A DNA stretch of 64,000 nucleotides from Nannocystis radixulma (GTDB lineage Bacteria > Myxococcota_A > Polyangia > Nannocystales > Nannocystaceae): NCBI RefSeq assembly GCF_028369095.1, contig NZ_JAQNDN010000024.1, forward strand, positions 153,350-217,349. Reading direction: 5' to 3'. Positions 40,867 through 54,379 of the stretch are shown here, one piece after another. Positions within the stretch are counted from its first letter, which is position 1; every line of letters begins with the position of its first letter. The notes under the pieces are model-generated. The model saw only the letters and a program-made list of their open reading frames with translations. It was not told the origin of the DNA and did no database searches. Made by a program: the position numbers and the translations under genes.

Positions 40867-41187
40867 GTGACGGACGCCCGCTTCCATCCCCGCCTGCGGA
40901 TCCACGCCCACGCCGACATCATCGGCTCCGAGGTGGTCCTGGCCCGCGCCCTCGACGACCTCAGCCTCGGCGGCTGCAAGTTCGGCGGCCCGGCGTGGGA
41001 GGAGGCGGGGCAGCAGGTCGCGCTCGTGCTCAGCTTCCCGGCCCTGTCGGCCAGCCTGCCGCTGACCGGGATGGTCGTCCGCGGCGGCGACAGCGACATG
41101 GCGATCCGCTTCGTCAACATCAGCGACGAGCAGAAGAGCGCGCTGCGCAAGCACATCCTCGACAGCCAGGAGGCTGCGAGCGCCTGA
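40867..41187 (+). CDS. PilZ-domain protein (c-di-GMP binding candidate)
   Basis: RxxxR-like HPRLRIH and DxSxGG (DDLSLGGCKF). GTG start assigned because the upstream part of the ORF is junk-like. Confidence 0.5.
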   Translation: MTDARFHPRLRIHAHADIIGSEVVLARALDDLSLGGCKFGGPAWEEAGQQVALVLSFPALSASLPLTGMVVRGGDSDMAIRFVNISDEQKSALRKHILDSQEAASA

Positions 41188-41215
41188 GCCGCTGCTGTCT
41201 GCGAGGACATGTCGC

Positions 41216-41944
41216 ATGAGTCAGCCTCACGATGAGGTCGTCTGCGGCGTCGAAGAGGACGCCTCGTTCGCACCCGACGCCGCGCCGGCGCGCGGCCCGG
41301 GCCTGTCGCCGGAGCAGCGCGCGCGCGTCGAGGCGTTCGCGCCGCGGGTGCCGGGCATCGCGCGCAGCCTGCGGCGGGTCGTCGGGATCGCGCCCGACGA
41401 GTGCGAGAGCGCCGGCTACGAGGCGCTGGCGCGCGCGGCCCTGCGCTACGACCCGGCCGCCGGGGTGCCGTTCGCGGCGTACGCGTTCTACCGGGTGCGC
41501 GGGGCGATGATCGACGCCGCCCGCAACGCCTTCCCCGACCACAAGCGGGCGCGCCGGCTGCTCAACACGCTCGAGGTGACGCAGGAGCTTGCGGAGATCC
41601 GGCTGCGCCCCGGCGACGACCCGCGCCGGATCGGCGAGCGCTTTGGCGACGCGGCCGAGCTGGTCCGCGAGGTCACGGCGGCGGCGGTGCTGTCGCGCCT
41701 GTTCGCCAGCGACGACGACGACGCGTTCGGCCCCGAGGTCCGGCTGTCGCTGCGCGCGCTCGTCGAGCGCTGCGACGCCGACGAGCGGGCCCTGATCGAC
41801 GCGGTCTACGTGCGCGGGCTGACGATGACCGAGGTCGCGGCCGACCTGGCGATCAGCGTCAGCACGATCTCGCGCCGCCACCAGCGGCTGCTGCGGCGCC
41901 TCGCCGACCTGCTCGGCGGGAGTCCGCCCGAGGTCGGGCCGTGA
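41216..41944 (+). CDS. sigma-70 family RNA polymerase sigma factor (group 3/FliA-like)
   Basis: Region 2 (YEALARAALRYDPAAGVPFAAYAFYRVRGAMID) and region 4 HTH (LTMTEVAADLAISVSTISRRHQRLLRRL). Confidence 0.7.
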   Translation: MSQPHDEVVCGVEEDASFAPDAAPARGPGLSPEQRARVEAFAPRVPGIARSLRRVVGIAPDECESAGYEALARAALRYDPAAGVPFAAYAFYRVRGAMIDAARNAFPDHKRARRLLNTLEVTQELAEIRLRPGDDPRRIGERFGDAAELVREVTAAAVLSRLFASDDDDAFGPEVRLSLRALVERCDADERALIDAVYVRGLTMTEVAADLAISVSTISRRHQRLLRRLADLLGGSPPEVGP

Positions 41945-41950
41945 TATCTC

Positions 41951-42020
41951 GGGACATGCCGTATGAGACATGACCTCAGGGCCATGAGGATTTACGGACA
42001 TGTCGCATGGTGCATGTTCC
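41951..42020. repeat. CATG-core repeat array, about 6 units (period 14, then 7)
   Basis: gggacatgcc / gagacatgac / ggccatgagg / ggacatgtcg / catggtg / catgttcc. Confidence 0.65.
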
Positions 42021-42502
42021 TGGGGACAGCCCTGGCGGCGTGCGCGTGCGATCGGCCGCGCGCGCCGGAGGTCCGCGGGGTCCGCGGCAAGCGCGAGCTG
42101 TTCGGCGATCCCGCGCTGGTGCCGACGCGCGCCGGCGAGCGCGCGCGCGACGAGCTGGCCCTGGCGGACGCGGTGACGGCGGCCCTGCGCGGGCTCGGGG
42201 CCGAGGCGCTGGCGGTCGAGGTGCGATTGCCGGACGCGGGCGACCCGGGCGGGGTGGTGGTGACCGGGCAGGGGCCGCCCGGGTGGAACGAGGCCGCGAC
42301 GGCGTCGCTGGTCGGCGAGCTGTGCGGGCCGTGGAGCGCGGGCGTGGTGCGCGTGGCCTGGCGCGCAGCGGCCCCGGCCGGCCCTCCGGGGCGCACGGGC
42401 GATCTGCCGCTGTTTTGCGCGCTGGTCGGCCTGGGCGCCGCGGCCGGGGTGACGATCGACCGACTTCTGCGCCGCCGCGCTCGCTCCGCGCTGCGAGGCT
42501 GA
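42017..42502 (+). CDS. hypothetical lipoprotein downstream of the sigma factor (possible anti-sigma or cognate partner)
   Basis: MFLGTALAACAC lipobox start just after the repeat array. Composition is moderately Arg/Ala/Gly-rich. Confidence 0.35.
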   Translation, partial: FLGTALAACACDRPRAPEVRGVRGKRELFGDPALVPTRAGERARDELALADAVTAALRGLGAEALAVEVRLPDAGDPGGVVVTGQGPPGWNEAATASLVGELCGPWSAGVVRVAWRAAAPAGPPGRTGDLPLFCALVGLGAAAGVTIDRLLRRRARSALRG

Positions 42503-42527
42503 GGACGCCCGGGTACACTTGCCCGCC

Positions 42528-44987
<2,460 letters not shown>

Positions 44988-45030
44988 GCTGTCTGTTCGG
45001 CCATGTCGTAAAGGACCTGGGGGGAACGCC

Positions 45031-45399
45031 ATGTCGCAAAAGTCAGACGAATACGAGCCACTGGCCGACAACCCGTTCCACGTGCTCGGGCTGCGGCCCG
45101 ACTGCACCCGGGTCGACGTCGAGCGCGAGGGCCAGAAGCTGCTCGGCATGCTCGGGCTCAAGCTCAAGTCGGCCGCGACCTACATGAGCCCGCTCGGGCC
45201 GCGCGCGCGCACCGAGGACAAGGTGCGCGCGGCGATGGCGGCCCTGCGCGACCACGAGAAGCGCCTGGGACATGAATTTTGGGCCAGCTTGCCGCCGCCC
45301 GTGGCCCCGCCCAAGCCGCCGCCGGCGCCGGAGACGAAGGGTCCGGGGCCGGCACCGCTGTCCGGGGCATTCGCGGCGCTGGGATGGAGGCGGTCGTGA
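45031..45399 (+). CDS. small J-domain-like protein lacking the HPD motif, with a proline-rich C-terminus
   Basis: NPFHVLGLRPDCTRVDVEREGQKLLGMLGL resembles J-domain helices I-II but has no HPD. The C-terminus is PPPVAPPKPPPAPE. Confidence 0.35.
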   Translation: MSQKSDEYEPLADNPFHVLGLRPDCTRVDVEREGQKLLGMLGLKLKSAATYMSPLGPRARTEDKVRAAMAALRDHEKRLGHEFWASLPPPVAPPKPPPAPETKGPGPAPLSGAFAALGWRRS

Positions 45400-46967
45400 G
45401 TTCGGGGGTCCACGCCGCGGTTGCGGTGCTCGTGGCGGTGTTGGTGCTGGGCCGGCGCGCGCCGCGGACGGCGGCTGCGATCGTGGTATCGGTCGTCGCG
45501 ATGCGAGCCCTCGCCGAGGTGCCGCTCGTCGTCGAGCAGGCGCACGCGATCGCCAGCGTGCTCGGGGTGCTCATCCTGCTGGTCGCGCTCGGCGGGTGGA
45601 TGGTGGCGCTGCTCGACCTGATCGGCGGGATCGTGTGGCCGGTGCTGCGCCGCACGGTGATCGCCGCCGGGCTCGTGCGCGCCAGCTACTGGTTGTCGCT
45701 GCTGGCCCGCTCGAGCTGGGAGCGCGACCGCGAGGGCGGCAAGGTCGTGGCGGCCGCGCTGGCGCTGCTGCACCGCCCGCATGACGCGGCGCTGGCGACC
45801 TGGCTCGAAGGCAAGATCCACGCGAACGCCAAGACCGGGCTCGGCGGGATCGTGGCGACCGGGCTGCTGGCGGCCAGCCGCGGCGATCGCGACGGAGCGC
45901 GCGACATCCTCGCCGGCGCCGACGCGTTCGACCCCGACTTCGCGCCCGCGGCCGCGCGCCGGGCCGCCAACGACTGGCTGGTGGCCGACGCGGCCAGCCG
46001 CGGCGACTGGATCACGGTGATCCGCCGCGGCGTGCTGCCGGGCCAGGCGACCGCGTACACCCGCTTCCTCGCCCGCGCCGCCGCGCGGATCCGCGGCGAG
46101 GCGCTGCCCGGCGAGCCCAACCCGACCGACTTCGGGCTGTGGGTCTCCTGGCTGTTAGCACCTGGCCGAAAGGTCATGCGCCCGCTGCTCGCCGAGGCGC
46201 GCGCGGCCACGCGGGTGCTGCACCAGCGCAAGCCGCCGCCGCCGCAGCCGGCGCCGACGGTGCCGCTGGTCGACCCTGCCGCCCACGCCGACGATCCGGT
46301 GGCCCACGCCCAGGCGCTGCACGCGACGTGGCTGGCGCTGCGGCCGAAGACGCCTGGGCAGGCCGGCACGGAGCTCGAGCAGCGGCTGTCGGCCACGCGC
46401 ATGCAGGAGCTCTGCCGCGCGTGGGAGGACTCGTGGCCGCACGCCGAGCGGCGGATGCGGCAGCGGGTCGCGGTGTTGACGACGCAGACGCGCGCCGAGG
46501 AGGCGCTGGCGGGCATCCGTCGCGCCGTCGCGCGCGAGCTGGCCGAGCTGGCGCGCGCGGCCAGGCTGCCGCTGGCGACGTTCGAGGCCGAGGTGCTGCC
46601 GACGGCCGCGCTGGCGGTCGAGGAGCTGCGCGCGGAGCTGCTGACCGGCGTCGAGACCGGCTCCGAGGAGCTGCGCGCGCGCACGGCCGCCGACCGCCGC
46701 CTGCCGCCGGCCGAGGAGTCGCGGGCGTGGAACCAGTTCCGCCGCCGCTACGAGGAAGCGGTCCTGCTCGGCGGGATGCCGCTGCGCTACCTGCTGTTCC
46801 CGCAGGTCCACCGCGACGTGTGCGGCTACGCGGTGTGGCTGTGGAACGACCGCAAGGAGTACGGCCTGTCGGGCCCGATGTTCCGCTGGCTGCTGGCCGA
46901 GGCGGAAGCGGTCGGCGACGTCGAGGCGATCGAGCTCCAGCGCAAGAACGTCGGCGCGAAGAAGTGA
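45384..46967 (+). CDS. polytopic membrane protein with a large cytoplasmic Arg/Ala-rich helical domain (hypothetical)
   Basis: Four or five hydrophobic helices in the first 130 aa, then a helical domain of about 400 aa. Its start overlaps the J-like gene by 16 nt. Confidence 0.45.
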   Translation: MEAVVSSGVHAAVAVLVAVLVLGRRAPRTAAAIVVSVVAMRALAEVPLVVEQAHAIASVLGVLILLVALGGWMVALLDLIGGIVWPVLRRTVIAAGLVRASYWLSLLARSSWERDREGGKVVAAALALLHRPHDAALATWLEGKIHANAKTGLGGIVATGLLAASRGDRDGARDILAGADAFDPDFAPAAARRAANDWLVADAASRGDWITVIRRGVLPGQATAYTRFLARAAARIRGEALPGEPNPTDFGLWVSWLLAPGRKVMRPLLAEARAATRVLHQRKPPPPQPAPTVPLVDPAAHADDPVAHAQALHATWLALRPKTPGQAGTELEQRLSATRMQELCRAWEDSWPHAERRMRQRVAVLTTQTRAEEALAGIRRAVARELAELARAARLPLATFEAEVLPTAALAVEELRAELLTGVETGSEELRARTAADRRLPPAEESRAWNQFRRRYEEAVLLGGMPLRYLLFPQVHRDVCGYAVWLWNDRKEYGLSGPMFRWLLAEAEAVGDVEAIELQRKNVGAKK

Positions 46968-47022
46968 ACGCGATGCGGTGTGAGCTGGCCGAAAGGCCAG
47001 GCGACGCGCAGCGCTGCCCCAT

Positions 47023-47100
47023 ATGACATGCTCGAATCAGCATGTCCATGAGAACATGTCGTGACGAGCATGCTCGGGAGGACATGTCGGAACGATCACG
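47023..47100. repeat. 14-bp-period CATG repeat array, 6 units (47027, 47041, 47055, 47069, 47083, 47097)
   Basis: Exact 14-bp period. It lies between convergent genes. Confidence 0.8.
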
Positions 47101-47842
47101 TGGCCGCTGCGTCGGCGACCAGGCGAGCGAGAGAGCCGGGTCCGGGCAGGGCGATCCAGCCCTCTTCGCGGGCCTGCGCGAGCTCCTCGTCGCGCGGGAG
47201 CGCGGTCAGGCCGAGCGCCGCGGCGCGGGCGATCAGCGCGGCGAGCAGGGCGTCGAGGCAGTCGTCGCTGGCCTCGCAGCGGGCCTGCAGCGGCGGCGGG
47301 AGTTCGAGCCAGGGCGCGGCATGCGTGAGAGCGGCGAGCAGGGCGACGCGCGCGGGCCGACGGTCGTCCTTGTAGCTGGCGACGGGCAGGCCCCAGCTGG
47401 CCAGGGCGGCCGCCGGGTAGACCTCGAACACGCGCCCGTCGCCGGCGCGGTCGCGGACGCCGAGGCGGACCAGCAGCGTGGCGCAGCGCATCGCCGGGAC
47501 GCCGATCAGGTCGGACGAGACCGACAGCGGCCAGCGGCCGGTGTGGGCGCGGACTTTATGGTCGGTGAGGCGGAAGCGCAGCGCGTCGCGGTGGGGGTCG
47601 GACCACGGCGTCGGCGGCAGCGTGCTGCCGTGGTGGGCGCTCACGAACTCGAGGAACCGGCGCGGCCAGCCGAACGGCGCGTCGATGCCGATCGCGCCGG
47701 CGTCCCTGGCCAGGGCGACGAGGTCGTCGTCGGCGGCGCCGCAGCGTACCTCGGTGACGACGGCCTTGCCGGGGCTCCACGAGATCTGCGCGACGCCGGT
47801 CTTCTTCGGCTGGCTGGCGAGATCGACGCCGAGGCTCTGCAT
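47096..47842 (-). CDS. DUF429-family protein (predicted RNase-H-like nuclease fold)
   Basis: MQSLGVDLAS...IGIDAPFGWP, as seen in DUF429 proteins. Confidence 0.55.
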   Translation of the reverse strand: MQSLGVDLASQPKKTGVAQISWSPGKAVVTEVRCGAADDDLVALARDAGAIGIDAPFGWPRRFLEFVSAHHGSTLPPTPWSDPHRDALRFRLTDHKVRAHTGRWPLSVSSDLIGVPAMRCATLLVRLGVRDRAGDGRVFEVYPAAALASWGLPVASYKDDRRPARVALLAALTHAAPWLELPPPLQARCEASDDCLDALLAALIARAAALGLTALPRDEELAQAREEGWIALPGPGSLARLVADAAAT

Positions 47843-47977
47843 CGCGCCAGACTATCACGACGAGGATGCGCGGCCGAGTGGCCGGGGCGGCGAGCTGGCG
47901 CGAGTTTGGTCAGAACAGCGCCAGTGAACCGAGGGGTCGACGTGGCGAGCGGCCAGCACCGATGCAGGACGCCGTCG

Positions 47978-48059
47978 TCGCCATGGTCCATCAAACATGC
48001 TTTTTATAACATATCCAAATGGGCATGTCCTGGAGAGCATGCCCCTTGTAACATGTTCA
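47978..48059. repeat. 14-bp-period CATG repeat array, 6 units (47982, 47996, 48010, 48024, 48038, 48052), including an unusually AT-rich unit
   Basis: Exact period, read from the sequence. Confidence 0.8.
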
Positions 48060-48500
48060 ATCGAGCGGTCGCGTCATCAGCACCCGCGGCGGGGCGGAGA
48101 AGCCGGCGTTGCGGTAGAGCTGGAGGGCGGGGGTGTTGTCGGTGCGGACCATGAGGTGGATGGCGCGGGCGTCGTGGGCCCGGGCGGTCGCCAGGGCGGC
48201 GTCGAGGATCAGGCGGCCGCGGCCGCCGCCGCGGAACTTGGCGCGGAGGTACAGCTCGGTCAGGAAGGCGTCGCGGCCGCCCCACTCGAGGTCGAAGCCC
48301 CAGGTGAGGATGTAGTAGCCGAGCGCAGCGTCGCCCTCGGCGGCGAGGCCGACGGTGCCGAGCGCGGGCGAGCCGATCAGCGTGCGCAGGGGCGCCTCGC
48401 CCGGGCCGCGCTGCCACGGGATGTGCTCCAGGCGGTTGAAGTCCTCCATCATGTCGAGGATCGCGGGGACGTCGGAGCTCGTGGCCGGGCGAAAGTGCAT
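48057..48500 (-). CDS. GNAT-family N-acetyltransferase
   Basis: 147-aa protein with acetyl-CoA-binding motif (RGGGRGRLILDAAL) and GNAT topology. ATG at 48500. Confidence 0.7.
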   Translation of the reverse strand: MHFRPATSSDVPAILDMMEDFNRLEHIPWQRGPGEAPLRTLIGSPALGTVGLAAEGDAALGYYILTWGFDLEWGGRDAFLTELYLRAKFRGGGRGRLILDAALATARAHDARAIHLMVRTDNTPALQLYRNAGFSAPPRVLMTRPLD

Positions 48501-48668
48501 CGCGGGGACTATAGGTCGCACCGCGGACCTTGCGCGCTCGGGTCGGGTTCGCGGCGTTGCGGGCCCCCGGGGCCCAACACACGAAGATCCGTGCGCGGAG
48601 GGCGGCGGCGCGCAGGCGCGTGCGCGGGCGTTGTCGCCGGCCGGCGTTGCCGGCACCATTGCTGGGGC

Positions 48669-50471
<1,803 letters not shown>

Positions 50472-50573
50472 GCGGGGCGAGGGGCACAGGTGCGGCGATA
50501 CGGCGCGGGGCTTCGGCTCGCCGCGGAGCAGGGTGGGGGGCCGGAGCGGGCCGGTGAGAGAAGGTGATGTTCA

Positions 50574-50745
50574 GGGCATGTCCGTAAAGCCAGGCGTCGC
50601 GGCGACCTGCCATCGCGCGGCGCGAATCGTGGAAGATGAGCTTCAGGACATGTCCGTGAAGCCATGCGTCGCAGCGACCTGTCATCGCGCGCCGTGGCAT
50701 GGTGCTCGAAGGGACATGTCCACACGGGCATCCAGTACGAAGGGG
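50574..50745. repeat. two direct repeat units of about 70 bp (50574-50644 and 50645-50713, about 85% identical over the first 51 bp), each beginning GGRCATGTCCGT, followed by a third GGGACATGTCC unit
   Basis: Read from the sequence: cagggcatgtccgtaaagccaggcgtcgcggcgacctgccatcgcgcggcg versus caggacatgtccgtgaagccatgcgtcgcagcgacctgtcatcgcgcgccg. Confidence 0.75.
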
Positions 50746-50750
50746 CGGCG

Positions 50751-53141
50751 GTGACCCGGAAGCGCGGCTTCGGCTGGGCGGTCGCGGCGCTGCTGCTGGC
50801 CGGCTGCTCCCCGCGGGCGCCGACGACGGCGACGGTGCGTGCGCCTCAGGACATGTCCGTCGCGCCATCCGCCGGGCCGAGCCTGGCGGCCTGCGAGGAG
50901 CAGGCGAGCACGGTCCAGGACGGGCTGGTGCGGCTGGCCGATCGCTACCTGTGGGAGGAGATCGACAAGCTCGTGCGGGCCTACGCCGCCGCGGGCGCGG
51001 GCGCGGGCGAGCCCTGCGCCGAGGCGACGCGCGAGGCGCTGACGACGGTGACGCTGCGCTGGGCCGAGCAGGGGGCCGAGTCGGGCGGGGCGCAGAGCCA
51101 CACGCTGGCCCGGCAGGCCTATGCGGCGCTGCGCCAGCACTTCCCGGCGGCCGCCGACACGCCGCAGATGCACCACGCGATGGGCCGGCTCGAGTGGGCC
51201 CGCGCCGAAAAACTGACGCTCGAGATCGGCGAGCGCACGCTGACCGACGACGCGCTGCGCGAGGCCCACGCCCACCACCGCGCCGCGCTCGCCGGCGGGC
51301 TGCCGGCCGATCAGGCGGCCCGCTCGGCGCGCGCGCAGCTCGACGCGGTCCGCCGCGTGTACGACGGCCCGCCGCGCCGATGGGTCATGTCCGAACAGAC
51401 ATGTCTCCCGGATCCACGCGGCCGCTGCACCGATCCGGTCCCGCGCGTCGCCCCGGGCGAGCTGACGACGGCCGACCGCGAGTGGTTGGCCGCCTACGAC
51501 GCGTTCCTGGCCGAGCCGGGCCTGCAGGGCGCGACCGACCACGGCCAGGTGGCGGTCGAGCGGGCCGAGTTGCTGATGCTGTACCGCCGCTGGGACGAGG
51601 CCGAGGCCGGCCTGCGCGCGGTCACCGGGCCGGCGCGCGAGCAGGCCCGGGTGCTGCTGGTCGGCCTGTTGCTGGCACGCTGGATGGAGTCGGCCAGCGC
51701 CGGCGAGCGCTCGACCGCCCGCGTCGCGCTGGTCACCGCCGCGACCGAGGTCGAGGCCGCCGGGGCGCCGCAGGCGGCCCAGGTCGCGGCCCTGCGGCGG
51801 GCGGCGCTGTGGGCCCAGGCCGAGGAGTCGGAGGCGGCCGGCGACGACGCGGGCTGCGGCGCCGCCTTCGAGGCGCTGTACGCCGACCTCGGCGCCGACG
51901 TCGACGCCGCGGCCGAGGCGGCCGACGGGGCCGGTCGCTGCTACGAGCGCGCCGGCATGACGCAGAAGGCGATCGACTGGCTCGAGCGCATGGCTGACGT
52001 CCACCGCGAGGACGCGCGGGCGCCCGACGCGGTGCTGCAGCTGGCGCGGCTGCACGAGCGGATCTTGAACGACGAGCAGGCGCGCGACCGCTACCTCGAC
52101 CTCGTCGCCCGCGCGCCGCGCCACCGCGCCGCGGCCACGGCCCGGCGCCGCTCGCTGATCTTGAGCCTGCGCGCCGGGACATTGCCCGAAGGACAGCTCG
52201 ATGCGCTGATCCGCGGCCGCCCGGAGGAGCGCACGCTGGCGGCGGCGATCCAGTTCCGCGCGGTGATCCGCCCCGGCGTCGCGCCCGAGGCGGCGGAGAA
52301 GTACATCGAGCGGTTCGGCAAGGAGGGCGGACCGCGGCGGCTGGCGATCGCGTACACGCGGGCGGCCGAGGCGTATTTGCGGGCGTCGTGCCCGGTCCAC
52401 GGCGCCGAGGGCCTGTGCGTCGAGTTCGGCCGCGACCGCACGCCGGCCCGCGTGGTCCCGCGCCTGGCCAAGCCGCTGGCGAAGGCCCGCGAGCACCTCG
52501 ACCGCGCGGAGAAGCTGCTGCCCGAGGTCAGCGCCGGCGAGCCCGACAAGCTCGAGGCGCCGCTCGCCGTCGACGTCGACGAGGCGCGCGCGGCCAGCCG
52601 TCAGGTCGCGCTGCTGCTCGGCGACCTCAAGGCCGAGTCGGCGCTCACCAGCCAGCCGCCCAAGAGCCTCGACCCGACCCGCTCGCGCGCGTGGCTCGAC
52701 GTGCGCAAGGACGAGGTCGAGCGCATGAGCGCGGTCTACGAGGGCGCCACCGCGGGCGCGGCCGGCGGGCGCGACCAGGCCGCCGCGCTGATCGAGACCC
52801 GCAAGGCCCAGGTCTACGAGTCCGACCTGGCGCTGCTCGACGAGGTCGCCGCCGCCGTCGAGCAGGCCGGTGACATCGGCCTGGCCCAGCAGATGCGCGA
52901 CCTGGCCGCCCAGCGCCGCGAGGCGGTGTTCACCGCCTACGCCCGCTGCCTCGACCACGTCGCCGCGTGGGGCCACGACCCCTCCGGCCAGAGCGCCCTG
53001 TGCCGCGCCGGCCTCGGCCGCCTGGTCGGCCGCTACGAGGAGCCGCTCGAGTACGCCCCCGACATCGACGGCCGCGTCCTCGTCGGCGCCGGCGCCACCG
53101 GCCGCAGCCAGACCGCCGTGCCGGTGCTGCCGTCGCGCTGA
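50751..53141 (+). CDS. large helical-repeat (TPR-like) lipoprotein
   Basis: GTG start with lipobox AVAALLLAGCS. All-alpha Ala/Arg/Glu/Leu-rich composition of about 800 aa. It contains an internal 2-unit CATG repeat at about 51385-51410. Confidence 0.5.
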   Translation: MTRKRGFGWAVAALLLAGCSPRAPTTATVRAPQDMSVAPSAGPSLAACEEQASTVQDGLVRLADRYLWEEIDKLVRAYAAAGAGAGEPCAEATREALTTVTLRWAEQGAESGGAQSHTLARQAYAALRQHFPAAADTPQMHHAMGRLEWARAEKLTLEIGERTLTDDALREAHAHHRAALAGGLPADQAARSARAQLDAVRRVYDGPPRRWVMSEQTCLPDPRGRCTDPVPRVAPGELTTADREWLAAYDAFLAEPGLQGATDHGQVAVERAELLMLYRRWDEAEAGLRAVTGPAREQARVLLVGLLLARWMESASAGERSTARVALVTAATEVEAAGAPQAAQVAALRRAALWAQAEESEAAGDDAGCGAAFEALYADLGADVDAAAEAADGAGRCYERAGMTQKAIDWLERMADVHREDARAPDAVLQLARLHERILNDEQARDRYLDLVARAPRHRAAATARRRSLILSLRAGTLPEGQLDALIRGRPEERTLAAAIQFRAVIRPGVAPEAAEKYIERFGKEGGPRRLAIAYTRAAEAYLRASCPVHGAEGLCVEFGRDRTPARVVPRLAKPLAKAREHLDRAEKLLPEVSAGEPDKLEAPLAVDVDEARAASRQVALLLGDLKAESALTSQPPKSLDPTRSRAWLDVRKDEVERMSAVYEGATAGAAGGRDQAAALIETRKAQVYESDLALLDEVAAAVEQAGDIGLAQQMRDLAAQRREAVFTAYARCLDHVAAWGHDPSGQSALCRAGLGRLVGRYEEPLEYAPDIDGRVLVGAGATGRSQTAVPVLPSR

Positions 53142-53145
53142 GCGC

Positions 53146-53240
53146 GGTGTCCGATGCGACATGTCGCATCGAGCATGTCCAGGGCGACATGCCTGATCGA
53201 GCATGTCTACAGGGGCATGTCGCCGAGCCTGGCGAGATGT
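53146..53240. repeat. 14-bp-period CATG repeat array, 5-6 units (53160, 53174, 53188, 53202, 53216)
   Basis: Exact period. It lies between convergent genes. Confidence 0.8.
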
Positions 53241-53248
53241 CCGATGGG

Positions 53249-54364
53249 TCAGTCGCCGAGCTCGCGCAGCAAGATCCGCGCGCGCAGACGGCGGCGGTCG
53301 TCGGCGCGGGGGTCGGCCGCGTAGGCCCGCAGCAGCCCGCGCGCCTCGGTCCGCGCGGCAGGGTCGTTGGTGTCGGCCAGCAGCGCGCCGAGGTTGAACG
53401 ACAGCTCGGGCGGCAGCCGGTCGGGCGCGGCGGTATCGAGGCCGCGGACGGCGGCGGCGCTGCGGTAGGCGGCCTCGGCGGCGTCACGCTCGTGGCGGCG
53501 GGCGTGCGTCACCCCGAGCCCGAGGAAGGCGGCGTAGCGCAGCCGCGGGGACGGGGCTTCGGTCGCCAGCTCGTACAGCCGCAGCGCCTCGGCGAGGTTG
53601 CCGGCCGCGAGCTCGGCGGCGGCCCAGGCGATCGCGGCGGCGTGATGGCGCGGCGAGAGCTCGAGCGCGCGGGCGAACCGGCGCCGGCCGTCGATCGGCT
53701 CGCCCGAGCGAAAGGCGATCCGGCCGCAGGCCGCGGCCAGCACGGCTGCCCCCTCGCGGTCGCGCAGGCGCGCGAGCAGTGGGTCGGCGCGGTCGCGGCA
53801 GATCGGGGCGGCGCGCTCGCGCGGGTCGGCGTCGTGCAGGGCGGTGAAGCGCAGCGCGAGGCTCAGCGCATAGGGATCGTCGGCGGCGACCGCCAGCGCG
53901 GCGGCGACGTCGCGGGCCAGGCTGCCGGCCTCGACGCCCGGGTCGCCCCGCTTGCCTGTCTCTTCGGTCAGCCGTGCGACGTTGTCGAGATAGATGGAGA
54001 CGTCGCGGGTCAGGCGATAGACGGCCCGCGCGGCGGCGGTCAACGGCAGGTCGGCGACGGTGGCGTCGAACTCGGGGCCCTGCCCGGACTCGTGGGCCAG
54101 CACCGCGAGCGCGTAGGCGCGCGCGGTCGAGCCGTAGTCGCGCCGCAGCAGGGCGAAGCGGACGGCCAGCGCGCCGGCGTCGTCGCCGCAGCGAAGCAGC
54201 ACGTCGGCCCGCGCGAGCGCCTTGGTGCTGTCCCCGGGGACAGGTGCCGCGGCGCACGGATCGACCGCCGCGGGCGCGGGCGCGGACGGGGGCGCGGGTT
54301 CGTCCGGCGCGGCCTGGTGCGCGCAGGCGAGCAGGAGCGCGCAGAGGAGCGAGGCGCGAGGCAC
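53249..54364 (-). CDS. TPR-repeat lipoprotein
   Basis: Signal/lipobox MPRASLLCALLLAC followed by tetratricopeptide-like helical repeats. Confidence 0.55.
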   Translation of the reverse strand: MPRASLLCALLLACAHQAAPDEPAPPSAPAPAAVDPCAAAPVPGDSTKALARADVLLRCGDDAGALAVRFALLRRDYGSTARAYALAVLAHESGQGPEFDATVADLPLTAAARAVYRLTRDVSIYLDNVARLTEETGKRGDPGVEAGSLARDVAAALAVAADDPYALSLALRFTALHDADPRERAAPICRDRADPLLARLRDREGAAVLAAACGRIAFRSGEPIDGRRRFARALELSPRHHAAAIAWAAAELAAGNLAEALRLYELATEAPSPRLRYAAFLGLGVTHARRHERDAAEAAYRSAAAVRGLDTAAPDRLPPELSFNLGALLADTNDPAARTEARGLLRAYAADPRADDRRRLRARILLRELGD

Positions 54365-54379
54365 GGAGCGGCGAGGATA

